Positions 26,340 to 37,931 of a stretch of 64,000 bases of DNA are shown piece after piece (positions within the stretch are counted from its first letter, which is position 1; each line of letters starts with the position of its first letter). The position numbers and the translations under genes are program-made. A model generated the notes under the pieces. The model had not been told where the DNA came from. It worked only from the letters and a program-made list of their open reading frames with translations, and did not search any database. This stretch comes from Octopus sinensis (lineage: Eukaryota), in contig NC_042997.1 of the NCBI RefSeq assembly GCF_006345805.1, forward strand, positions 48,422,001-48,486,000, read 5' to 3'.

Positions 26340-26550
26340 ACGGTTAGTAAGGAGAGACACAAATAAGAAAGAAGAAAACAAAGGACCACTGATGCGGTCA
26401 CAGGAGTGTGACGAAATAACTCTGGCCGAAATAAGATTAAGATTAATGTAAAAAATAAATAACACTGAAGCAAAATAACACCAAATATATAGTGCGTGTG
26501 TTTTTATTGGCTAAACTGGCAAAATGACCATTCCGAAATATAACAATATC
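26340..26550. mobile_element. Short repeat with an HHR-like variant, copy 1 (inverted copy at 58080-58295)
   Basis: Reverse complement of 58080-58295; contains GACCA-CTGATGCG-GTCAC(6)GTGAC-GAAA-TAAC-TC-TGGCC at 26384-26427. Confidence 0.75.
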
Positions 26551-26602
26551 TGTTTCAACACACAACTTCACATAAAAAATCTTGCACAACAAATATTTAA
26601 AC

Positions 26603-26646
<44 letters not shown>

Positions 26647-26783
26647 GGATGGATGGATGGATAGATGGATGCATGCATTATGTATATATACACACACATA
26701 TAAATAGATACGTACATACATACATATATAAATACCTATATACATATATATGTGTATATGTATGTATTCATACATATTTCTAC

Positions 26784-26832
<49 letters not shown>

Positions 26833-28160
26833 TACATATATATAGATCAACACATAGACATACACACACATATATGAATGTCGGGTGTCAGTGAGGTGAT
26901 GATATCGAACCTACATATACTCTACATAACTCCTGCTCGATAGGAATGTACATTTATTGAGCAAAAGTTATGTAATGTATACACATATGTGCGTTTCGTG
27001 TATTAGTGACTAGTTTTCAATTATAATAGAGGCGTAAATAAAGCAATTATTATTCATTTCAAGTTTGTTGTCTGGAATTACATTAATTTGAATTACTTCC
27101 GTTTATATGATCACACTAATTAAAGTAGTTGCTTCCTAAATAATACTGCTTGGAGTATTAAATATGCGCACGTAAATATAGTTTATAATCGCTGCTAGTT
27201 ACCTTTAAATTCATTGCGATACTGTTCAGATTTTCTCCACTGATTTTGCAGAACAAACACATTTATTAGTGACATTTTTAGTATTCTTTACCCTGCAGAA
27301 CTTGACCTATTTCTAAAAATTAGTGATATGTTCTAATGGTTGTCTCTCCTTTATAATGTGATTTCCAAATATGCTGGGAGGTTATTTGTTTTATACAGCT
27401 GTCGGTAACTGAATGAGGACCTGTAATGCTGTCTTTAACTTGCTCGCCACTTGCAGCTATAAACGATCCAGGAAACATTTTAGACATCTGAAATATTCTA
27501 AACAATCGCTGAACTGAAGGTCGAAATACTAGAAAATGGGAACTAGAGATGCATGTCTGCATTGAAAGGAACCGTACAATGAATTTGCGACATTTACAAT
27601 TGGGACGCAAATGTAGACATATGTAAAGAATGTAACTTACCGTGAACTCACAATGCTGTGAATTAACTGAATATCAAGAAAAATAGCATATATATTCTCT
27701 GATTTTAGGACACCAGATTTATTCAATGTGTTGTCCCAAATCAAAATCAGAAACATGAAGTAGTATTTGAAGTAGCAGTCTGTAAAAGAACTGATATATT
27801 ATCACAAACATATACAAGGAAATGAATCTATGTACCATATGTGACCCCTGATTCCTTTATACTTCTGTCTGACTATCGTACCTCCTTTCTCTCTTAAAAA
27901 TGTTATATATATCTTTTTTATAATGCTTCATCACAAGTGCAAATTCATGTTCACAAAAATGCGCGCAAAGAAACATAAGTACAAGCACACGTATGTCAAA
28001 CACTCACGCACGCATAAAGAAGCACAATCACATACAATATACACACACTGGTTTCGAACAAACAATATATACCATTTTAGGCTTTCTGTAAATTCCCATG
28101 CATATACGAATATATTCTGTCTTAAGGATAATTTTTAAAATCTCGGAAATATATATATAT

Positions 28161-29080
28161 TCACGGCGAGCTGGCAGAAACGTTAGCATACCGGGCGACA
28201 TGCTTAGCGGTATTTCGTCTATCTTTACGTTCTGAATTCAAATTCCGTCGAGGTCGACTTTGCCTTACCCCTTTCGGAGTCGGTAAATTAATGTTCCAGT
28301 TGCGTTCTGGGGTAGAGTTAATTGACTGGCCCCCTCCCCGAAAATTGTGCCTAGAGTAGAAAAGAATACCTTACTGCGGTCAAAAATGGCGAGATGGCAG
28401 ATTCGTTAGCATGCGGAACAAAATACGTGGTGGTTTTTCGTCCGTCCTTACGTTCTGTGTTCAAATTCCGCTGAGGTTGATTTTGCTTGAGTACTGAGGT
28501 CAATGTAATTGACTTACACTCTTCCCGAAAATTGCTGACCTTGTGCCAAAATTAGAAACCAATGTTATAGTATACTTTAAGGCAGCGAGTTGGCAGAAAC
28601 GTTAGTACACCCAGCATTTAAACTATCTTTACTTCTCGAGCGGAAACTCCACCGCGATTGACTTTGACTTCCATCCCTTCAGGGTCGACAAAATAAGTAT
28701 CAGTTGAGGACAAGGGGAAAACTAACCGACTTACCCACTGCCCCGAATTTGCTGTTCATGTGCCACAATCTGAAACCAATATCTTAATACGTTTCAAACG
28801 GTGCCAATTATTTTGTTGATACTCTGGACATTATTTGTAGATTGATAACCGCCATACATCAATCTTTTTATATTTTAGCAAAACATGGTTGCCGGAAATA
28901 TATTTGCCTGAAACGGTCTTATTGTATTGCGTAGGACTGGAACAGCAGTCCCCTTCAATCCCACCACTCCTCTCCTCTCTCCTCTCTCTCCCTCTCTTCC
29001 TCCCTTACTCTTTCTCTTCATCTACAGAGAAATTTATATAGTCGTTTGTATCACACGCTAAGATGTTCAGAAATATAAAT

Positions 29081-29128
<48 letters not shown>

Positions 29129-30055
29129 TATATATTCACGGCGAGCTGGCAGAAACGTTAGCATACCGGGCGACATGCTTAGCGGTATTTCGTCTATCTT
29201 TACGTTCTGAATTCAAATTCCGTCGAGGTCGACTTTGCCTTACCCCTTTCGGAGTCGGTAAATTAATGTTCCAGTTGCGTTCTGGGGTAGAGTTAATTGA
29301 CTGGCCCCCTCCCCGAAAATTGTGCCTAGAGTAGAAAAGAATACCTTACTGCGGTCAAAAATGGCGAGATGGCAGATTCGTTAGCATGCGGAACAAAATA
29401 CGTGGTGGTTTTTCGTCCGTCCTTACGTTCTGTGTTCAAATTCCGCTGAGGTTGATTTTGCTTGAGTACTGAGGTCAATGTAATTGACTTACACTCTTCC
29501 CGAAAATTGCTGACCTTGTGCCAAAATTAGAAACCAATGTTATAGTATACTTTAAGGCAGCGAGTTGGCAGAAACGTTAGTACACCCAGCATTTAAACTA
29601 TCTTTACTTCTCGAGCGGAAACTCCACCGCGATTGACTTTGACTTCCATCCCTTCAGGGTCGACAAAATAAGTATCAGTTGAGGACAAGGGGAAAACTAA
29701 CCGACTTACCCACTGCCCCGAATTTGCTGTTCATGTGCCACAATCTGAAACCAATATCTTAATACGTTTCAAACGGTGCCAATTATTTTGTTGATACTCT
29801 GGACATTATTTGTAGATTGATAACCGCCATACATCAATCTTTTTATATTTTAGCAAAACATGGTTGCCGGAAATATATTTGCCTGAAACGGTCTTATTGT
29901 ATTGCGTAGGACTGGAACAGCAGTCCCCTTCAATCCCACCACTCCTCTCCTCTCTCCTCTCTCTCCCTCTCTTCCTCCCTTACTCTTTCTCTTCATCTAC
30001 AGAGAAATTTATATAGTCGTTTGTATCACACGCTAAGATGTTCAGAAATATAAAT

Positions 30056-30059
<4 letters not shown>
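28161..30059 (+). repeat. Tandem duplication, 975-bp period (28161-29084 and 29136-30059), each unit containing three SINE fragments
   Basis: The units look identical by eye and are bounded and separated by (TA)n. Confidence 0.95.
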
Positions 30060-30093
<34 letters not shown>

Positions 30094-30859
30094 TAAAGAC
30101 AACATTATTATTATCATCCATTATAGTCTAGTAGTGTAACCCAGAACGGACCTAAGACTTCTTATCTTTGCAGGCATTTAACATGGCGTCGCGCAGCAAG
30201 TGTAATAACTGTTTCCTATTGTCAAAATTTTAACGATATAGTGAGTAATGAGATAAATACATTTTCTGTAGACATAGCATATGGTATAGGCATATAGACA
30301 TACAAAAGATACCAATGTATATGAATGGATTTATAGGTGTGTACAAGCCTATCTGTTGCATTATGTGTGTGTTTGTGACTATTTTATGTGTGTTCATCTG
30401 TGTGCGCATGTGTCGTTTTGTATTCTTACACATACATATATATATATCCGTCATTCTGTTCTCACACTAAAATGTATCACACCTCGCCCGCCAAACCGCC
30501 TTTTCATTCTCCCTCTGTCGCTCCTTCCCTTCTCTCTCACCCACGCATTCACTTTTGTTCTCACTCAATCACTCTCTCTCTCTATCTCTTTCTCTCTCTC
30601 CCTCTCTTTCTCTCTCTTGCTCTGTCATTCTGTAAAAGCTATTATAAAAATGACCAAAGGTGTTTCCGAAATGTCTACATCTTATTTGATAGGAAATTTA
30701 GTTTTCGTTTCTCTTAACGATATTCATAGCAGCAAAAATATATATACACCATCTGCTGTAAAAGATAATCATACTTACAGACCAAAATACATACACACAG
30801 TCACTGGATATATTGAGACACATAAAGTTACACGTATACAGTAGCGTGTAAACATATGT

Positions 30860-30955
30860 ATAAAACTGAAATTAGTATACACATATATACATACAAATTG
30901 TTGTATCGAAATATACAAACACACACACACATGCACACGCACACACACACACACA

Positions 30956-31030
<75 letters not shown>

Positions 31031-31121
31031 ATGTATGTACGTATGAATATATGTATATATAAATTTATATATATATATATGCATGTACGTATGTATGTAT
31101 ATACACACACACATATGTATG

Positions 31122-31165
<44 letters not shown>

Positions 31166-31250
31166 GATATATATAAGTATGTATATATATAATATATATA
31201 TACATATAGACACAAACACACACACATATTTTATATATGTATACACACAC
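30860..31250. repeat. (CA)n/(TA)n/(TG)n compound microsatellite
   Basis: Visible simple repeat. Confidence 0.9.
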
Positions 31251-31573
31251 ATTCACGAAAGAATTCTCTCAGTTTAACGAATCCATTCACAAGCATTTGG
31301 TAGGTCTGACAAGATGAGTTATCGAAGACGATTGCTCCCATAAGTAGCGAAATAAAATTTCGGATTTATGGAGAATCAAAGTTGGGAACAAAAACAGTGG
31401 AGACATACAAGGAAACCGAACGAAAACAAACATGGAGGGTTGTTAGACCAGAACGAGGATAAAATAGCAAACGCAGGACAAATATTTTCTTTGACAAGAG
31501 AAAAGATAGAAGAGAGAGATAGGTCAGACCTGAAGGAAAAGAAAGATGATCACGTGAGGAGGAGAAAGATGGT

Positions 31574-31622
<49 letters not shown>

Positions 31623-31672
31623 TATTATATATGTATAAATAGACGTATATATATATATATGTGTGTGTGTGT

Positions 31673-31976
31673 GAAGCCGCAATGACCCAGTGGTTAGAGC
31701 AGCGGACACGTGGTCGTAGGATAGCGGTGTCGTTTCCCAGACCGGGCGTTGTGAGTGTTTATTGAGCGAAAACACCTAAAGCTCCACGAGGCCCCAGCAG
31801 GGTGGTGGTGGCGATCCCTGCTGTATTCTTTCACCATAACTTTCTCCCACTCTTTCTTCTGTTGGCCTGCTCGCTTAGCCAGCGGGGTGGCGTCATTTGA
31901 AGGCTAAAACAGTACGAAGCGCATTGTGACCAGCGATGTGTAGCAACATTTGATAGCCTGGTCGGTCACGGTGATA
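31673..31976 (+). mobile_element. tRNA-derived SINE (probably octopus OR-type)
   Basis: Head GCAATGACCCAGTGGTTAGAGCAGCGGAC with A/B-box-like segments. It shares its 5' ~190 nt with the copy at 42555-42933 but has a different tail. The family name is recalled, not searched. Confidence 0.8.
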
Positions 31977-32928
31977 TATGTATATATATATATTTCTTCC
32001 TTGGTTTGTATTGATCATTGCCCTTACATGCGGGATGTTGTTGATGTGTAAATAAACATTTTGAACTACATTACAATCACAACATTGATTATTATAAAAT
32101 CACAGACACTCCATCCACTATTTCTCTTGCTTTTTTCTAGCACTGCTATTTATTCTGCTCCTTGTGGACTGAACTCATAACAATTATAGGCATCGCTTTC
32201 TTACGTCATCTTTTTTGTAGCCTACACTCAAGGGTACGCATCAACTAATGATCCGTCTTCCCTCGCACAACTTCTGTTCTTTGCAATTCCTCGCGTGAAA
32301 ATGCATTTCCGGTCAACAGTAACAGCCACTCGTTTCAAAATAAAAACAACATGAATCGCAATGTATTATAGGAGCTTGCAAATGGCATGGGCACTATCTT
32401 TTCTTTTACAGCAAGAAAGTAGAAAATGTCAATGTTATGTACGCCTCGCTCGCTGCGCTAGGCTCACATCGCCTTTGATTTCCATCCTTGCTGGGTCAGT
32501 AAGAACATACTAATTTAAAACTGTGGTAGTTTTCCCCTTTTTCCCTCCTCTATTTTTCTCTTTCTCTGGCTCTAATCCTCTCTAGAAAATGTTCCATGAG
32601 TTGACATCTTGAAAGAGATCGGCTTCTCCTAGTTTAAAATAACCAAGACGTTGTATCACATGACGGTCACCCTCAGGATCCTTGAAGAGGTAAGCGGCTA
32701 TGATCACCACACCTACGTTAACAACATCATCACTAAATTCATGCATACATACATACATACACACACACACATACACACACATATATGTATGCAAGTATGC
32801 ATATATATATACATACACATATACATACATACAGCCGCACCAATACACACACACACATACTATGTAAGAAAGGAAGCGTGGTGAGTAATCTGTGTGTGTG
32901 TAGGCATACATACATATATACATTATAC

Positions 32929-32967
<39 letters not shown>

Positions 32968-33056
32968 TAACAAAGGGTGAAATTAATTAATTAAGAAGTA
33001 ACCAGTAATTTCACCAAGAAGAATTCGGCATGTAAAAGACCAGGTAAGTTTAAGTA

Positions 33057-33542
33057 ATACTAAATAATTAGGGTTCAGCAACGATTTGCCTCACCACACA
33101 CCGAATTTAGAAATAGCAGTCAAAAAGTCTTTGCTATTCCTTCTACTTTAAAGGGAGATCCCAGTAAAACCGAAGCACTCAAGAACAAACCACGCAGATA
33201 AAAGAGAAAGAAATGACGAAAATCATTCTATATTAAGTTGCCTACGAACGCGCGTTTCGGAATTAAGCCAGTATAGAGCATAAAAAATAAATAATTATAC
33301 CTTACCCGACTATCTTCCTCATCAACTCTATACTAGCTTAATTCCGAAACGCGCGTCTGTAGGCAACTTAATATAGAATGATTTTCGTCATTTCTTTCTC
33401 TTTTACCTGCGTGGTTTGTTCTTGAGTGCTTTGGTTTTACTGGGATCTCCCTTTAAAGTAGAAGGAATAGCAAAGATTTTTTGACTGCTATTTCTAAATT
33501 CGGTGTGTGGTGAGGTAATCGTTGCTAAACCCTAATTATTTA

Positions 33543-33546
<4 letters not shown>
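33057..33546. repeat. Fold-back inverted repeat (~222-bp arms, 47-nt spacer) with an HHR spanning the spacer and left arm
   Basis: Arms 33057-33278 and 33326-33546 are near-identical reverse complements; the right end abuts (TA)n. Confidence 0.92.
33240..33325 (-). ncRNA. Hammerhead-like motif truncated at the inversion junction
   Basis: Minus strand TTGATGA-GGAA...TTCC-GAAA-CGCGCG-TT-CGTAGGC. The opposite arm has GAAA-CGCGCG-TC-TGTAGGC (GUC). C3 is replaced by U exactly at the fold-back junction. Confidence 0.6.
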
Positions 33547-33619
<73 letters not shown>

Positions 33620-33708
33620 TTTGATACTTTGATACTTTGATAGGTTTCGGCCATTATTGGCCCAGGCCATGTCTAACTTAATAGCACCACCTGGTGAAGT
33701 CTTTCAAG

Positions 33709-36700
33709 TCAGAATTTGGGCACTATGGCCCACTCAAGTAGAGAGTTATTGTTTACAGAGACATATCCGGGTGTAGGGGGTTTATCCGGGATTTCTTGAA
33801 GGAATCTGTCCAAAGACTTCTTGAACACTATAGGGTCAGTTTCTGTTTTAATGTGTTTTGGTGTAATGTTAGAGAGCGGGGCCAATTGAGGTGAAATAAT
33901 TGTGCCGTATTGTTGTTATGAGATGAGAGTGCGATTTTTGTTTTGGGCGGATGGCACGGGGCCCAAGCCTTGGATGTACCTCAAAGGTGATGCCAACATC
34001 ATTTGGGCAATGCTGATGGAATATTTTCCACATCATGCAGATGATGTAGCGCTCACGACGACGTTGGAGAGAATAGAGTTTTAGCTTTTCTAGTCGACCC
34101 CAATAGTCGAGGCCTGTCATGCAATCTATCTTTTTTGTGATTGCCCTTTGAGGTGCTTCAACTTTTATGATACATTGTATTGTGTGGGGAGACCACAGTG
34201 GACAACAGTATTCCAGGTGGGGTCGGGCAAAAGTGGAGAAGAGAAGGATAATGGTGTGGATATCTCTCGACTGGAAAGTTCTGAGAATCCAGGAACACAT
34301 TCTGCTTTGGTGTTTATAAGAGTGGCCCAGCTTATGTTGTTGTCCACAATTACTCCCAAGTCCCTGATGTTGTTGGACGCCGCGAGAGTTTCACCTGAAG
34401 GAAGGGAGTATGGGAGTTTCAGGGCATCCTCTTTTCCAAAGTGGATTAGCTCAAATTTATCCTCGTTCAGCAGCATATTGTTTTTTTCTGCCCATTGGAT
34501 AACAGCCAGTAGATCTGACTGAAGGCATGTCCGGTCACTCGCCTCATTTATGACCTTCTGTAGCTTGGAGTCATCTGCAAAGATTTTTATGTTGCTGTGC
34601 TTGATGATGTCATTAATGTCATTAATGTAAATGATGAAAAGAAGTGGGCCCAGCACAGTGCCTTGCGGAACGCCACTACTGACTTTGGCTGGGCTTGATT
34701 TTACCCCTTCAACTACAACATGTTGAGATCTGTCTGTCAGGAAACACTTGATCCATTTCAGTAACTTTCCAGAGACACCAATGTTGGATAGTTTTTTCAA
34801 TAGGATCTTGTGATCGACCCTCTCGAAGGCCTTACTGAAATCAAGGTAGATGACATCGGTGTTGGAGCCCTCTCCCAAAGCTCTCAAAATGTCCTCAAAG
34901 TGATGCAGGAGCTGCGTTAGGCAGTCCCTTCCATTACGGAACCCATGTTGGTTGGAGATCAGCCGTCTGTTGCTTTCCAGAAATTGGGTTATTCGAGATC
35001 TCACCACCCTCTCAGATACCTTGATGATATGAGAGGTGAGTGAGATCGGACGGTAATTCACTGCAAGGGACTTGTTTCCCTTTTTGAAAACTGGGACAAC
35101 AGACTGGGACAGAAGGTTTTTTGGAATATAGCCAGCATCCAGTGAGTTTCTCCACAGATTAGCAAGGGGAGATGCAAGTTGGTGTCGACACACCTTCAGG
35201 ACACAAGCAGGGAACCTATCGGGGCCTACTGCTGAATTGTGTTTTATTTCGTTTATCGCCGCTAAGACATCAGGGGCACTAAACGTTATGTCCGATATAG
35301 TGTGTTGGGGGTTGACATCACTGATACAGCCCAGATCGGCCATATCAGGATTGCTGAAAACAGAGCAGTATTGTTTCTGCAGTATCTCGGCCATGGATTT
35401 GGCATTATCTTGGAGAGTGCCAGTTTCGTCAATTAGAGGGCCTACAGTGGAGACAGTGACCCTGCGTTTCCTCGCAAATGAAAAGAACACTTTGGGGTTG
35501 AGTTTGATTTTTTCAATGGCCCACTTCTCCTCAGCTGATCTTTGGTTATTGATGAGGGTCTTCATGCATTGTTGGAGGTTATATTTCTTGGATTCAAGCA
35601 GTGCGATAGCCGTCGAATGTGTGTGTTGCTGTTGACAGTACTTTAGTTTGTTAATTTTTTTGTTTATTCTTTTTATTTTTCTGATAATGGTTTTTCTGTT
35701 TTGGGGGATTCTGCACGTTTTGTTCACAGGTCTTGGTGGGGAGTGTTTTGCACATATGTCTGTGACGGTGTCTACAAAGATCTGCCAAGATGTTTTATGG
35801 TTGGTGGAGATGTGTGTATGTGTAAAGGACCAGTCAACATGTGATAGCTCGTTCCTGATTGCATCCCAGTTGGCATTATGGAGATCCATGTTGTCAAATG
35901 GGTGGGCTGGAGGAAGGTCACTAGGATTAGCTTTCGGCTGGTGGAATTTCATGTTACAGAGAACCATGTCATGGTCTGAAAGAAGGGTTTTTTCCACTGT
36001 AACATTATGTATAGTGTTAGTGTGGTTACTAAACACTAGGTCCAAAATGTTCTGATGTCTTGTTGGTGCAAGGACAAGTTGGGACAAGAAAAACTCATTC
36101 GTAAAGTCGAAAAGTGACTCTGCTGCTTCTTTGTCAGCGGTTGAGGCGGGAGTGCTTGGTTTCAAACAGTTTGTAGTCCAGTCAACACAGGGTAGATTGA
36201 AGTCTCCCATCATGAGTATGTTGCTAGAATGGCACTGTTGAATAAAGCACTTAATGCTGTTGAGGCATTCTTTAAAGCACAGTATGCGTGTTTGGGGCGG
36301 CCTATAGAGCCCAATTACTGTCAGGTCATTGGCTTTGTTGTGCACGGTGACTGATTCACAGTAGCCGTTGGAGAATATACAATTTCCATCTGCCGTAAAT
36401 GAATCATGCAGGAAAATGGCAGTTCCACCCTTCCTCCTGCCGATACGATCCGCGCGGATGGTTGTGAAATTCTTCACTCTCACTTCGGCTTCCAAGTGGG
36501 AGTTATCAAGGTGGGTCTCAGTGAGAATGAAGAAAGGGATGTGGTGTGAATGGTTACCAACCCAGTCTTCAATGAATTGGACCTTCCATTTTTGTGCATT
36601 GATGGAAGGGCTGACACCTTGTGCATTGAGTAGGAATGTGGAGGTTAGTGTAGTGGCTGGTTTTGACTGTTGCAGGGGGCTTGGATTTTTTGTGTGTGTT

Positions 36701-36825
36701 AGTGGCAGCAATGTGGGGAATTGGTGCACTGGGGTAATAGCATAGGATGGTGTTGAGTGATGGCTAGAATGTTTTTGTGTATCTCTTTTGCCATGTTCAA
36801 CATGGCTAAAAAAGAATTTTCCTGC
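33709..36825 (-). pseudogene. LINE ORF2: apurinic-type endonuclease + reverse transcriptase, with two C-terminal frameshifts
   Basis: APE motifs LNAQG, TETHL, YRPP, GDFN, LDLVF, SDH; RT motifs YRPISL, QHGFR, DFSKAF, GVPQGTVLGPLLF, FADD; C-terminus PHLEYC..WSP..RRER. Frameshifts near 34302 and 33871; natural stop at 33709-33711. Confidence 0.95.
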
Positions 36826-37931
36826 TTAGGGAGCAGTTTTTGGCTGGAGGTGTGGTTGCACTGTTGGATAGGGTTGTAGTTTCCACTTTTGTTGTTGTTG
36901 TTTTTGTGTCTTCCTGAAAAGACTGGACCAGCATTACTGCAGCATGGTGTGTTTCTATTTTTATTTTTATTCAGGTTTGTGTGTTGGCTTGAAGCCCCGT
37001 TTCTGTTTGTGCGTCGGGTCCCTGGAAGATGAGTGAAGGGACAGTCACTCAGTAGACATGTTCTCTCACGTTGGGAATACCGGCAGATTTTGGGACTCCG
37101 AGTTGTGTGTGTTTTGAATTTCGATTTACTATTTGGTGGTGTTGATGTTATTGTGGGATGCGTGCTTTGGCCTTGGCCGGTAGTGCGTCTAGTGCCGGGT
37201 AGATGCGTGAAGATGCAGTCACTATTTGTGCAGAGTCTCTGGCGCAGTGAATAGCGGCATATTTGGGGATTTCTTGTTTGTGCCGTGGGGGGCGCATTCT
37301 CCTTCCTATGTTTCTTTAAGTTTTTGTTACTGCAGTAGTATTGAGGTGGTGATGTGGGGGAAGAGGGCAGTGGTTTCTTATTTGGTTTTCTGTTGGTATT
37401 TTTGGTGATAGAAGACGATGGTAGCAGCGGTGGTGATGATGATGATGATAATTGTGGTGGTTGCTGTGAGAGCGGTGAAAAGATACTGGCACTTAGTGAA
37501 TCATCTAGTAAGCTAGGGTTGAGGAGTGGCTGTTGTTGTTCTTGTTGCTGTGGCTGTTGTTGTTGTTGTTGTGCTTGACCGATGTTAGGGTCAGCCATTG
37601 TGCTGGGAACCAGGAGTGGCTCATTCTGTTGTTGTTGTTGTTGTTGTGGCTGCTGATTTTCTAGCTGTTGCTGTTCTTGAACTGTGAAAATATGTAGAAG
37701 CTTTTCATAATGGCCTCTTATCAGTTTGAAAGATACTTCGATATGTTTCAACTTGCTACGAATCTGTTTGACGGATCGTGTGTTGACCACTTGTGATGTT
37801 TTTTCGGCAATCTCATTCAAACACAAAACATTTAGATTTTCTGTTTGGGAAAGAGAGAACCATGTGTTTATTAAAACATCAATTTCGTTATCAGACCAAT
37901 TTCGTCTGTTGCAGGCCTGCAAGTTAGTCAT
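36699..37931 (-). CDS. LINE ORF1p (410 aa): Myb/SANT-like N-terminus, polyQ/S/P linker, two C-x8-C-x4-C-x3-H fingers
   Basis: Intact ATG-to-TAA frame; RRNWSDNEIDVLINTW...RSVKQIRSKLKHI; CRYSLRQRLCTNSDCIFTH and CRYSQRERTCLLSDCPFTH. Confidence 0.9.
   Translation of the reverse strand: MTNLQACNRRNWSDNEIDVLINTWFSLSQTENLNVLCLNEIAEKTSQVVNTRSVKQIRSKLKHIEVSFKLIRGHYEKLLHIFTVQEQQQLENQQPQQQQQQQNEPLLVPSTMADPNIGQAQQQQQQPQQQEQQQPLLNPSLLDDSLSASIFSPLSQQPPQLSSSSSPPLLPSSSITKNTNRKPNKKPLPSSPTSPPQYYCSNKNLKKHRKENAPPTAQTRNPQICRYSLRQRLCTNSDCIFTHLPGTRRTTGQGQSTHPTITSTPPNSKSKFKTHTTRSPKICRYSQRERTCLLSDCPFTHLPGTRRTNRNGASSQHTNLNKNKNRNTPCCSNAGPVFSGRHKNNNNKSGNYNPIQQCNHTSSQKLLPKQENSFLAMLNMAKEIHKNILAITQHHPMLLPQCTNSPHCCH

Noticed and set aside
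31673-31750. tRNA-like sequences (also ~42860-42933 and ~20184-20260)
   Set aside because: They are SINE heads that continue into SINE bodies and lack a complete cloverleaf, so they are not tRNA genes.
34148-37578. Plus-strand ORFs of 73-135 aa overlapping the LINE
   Set aside because: Antisense shadows of the LINE ORFs with no independent features.
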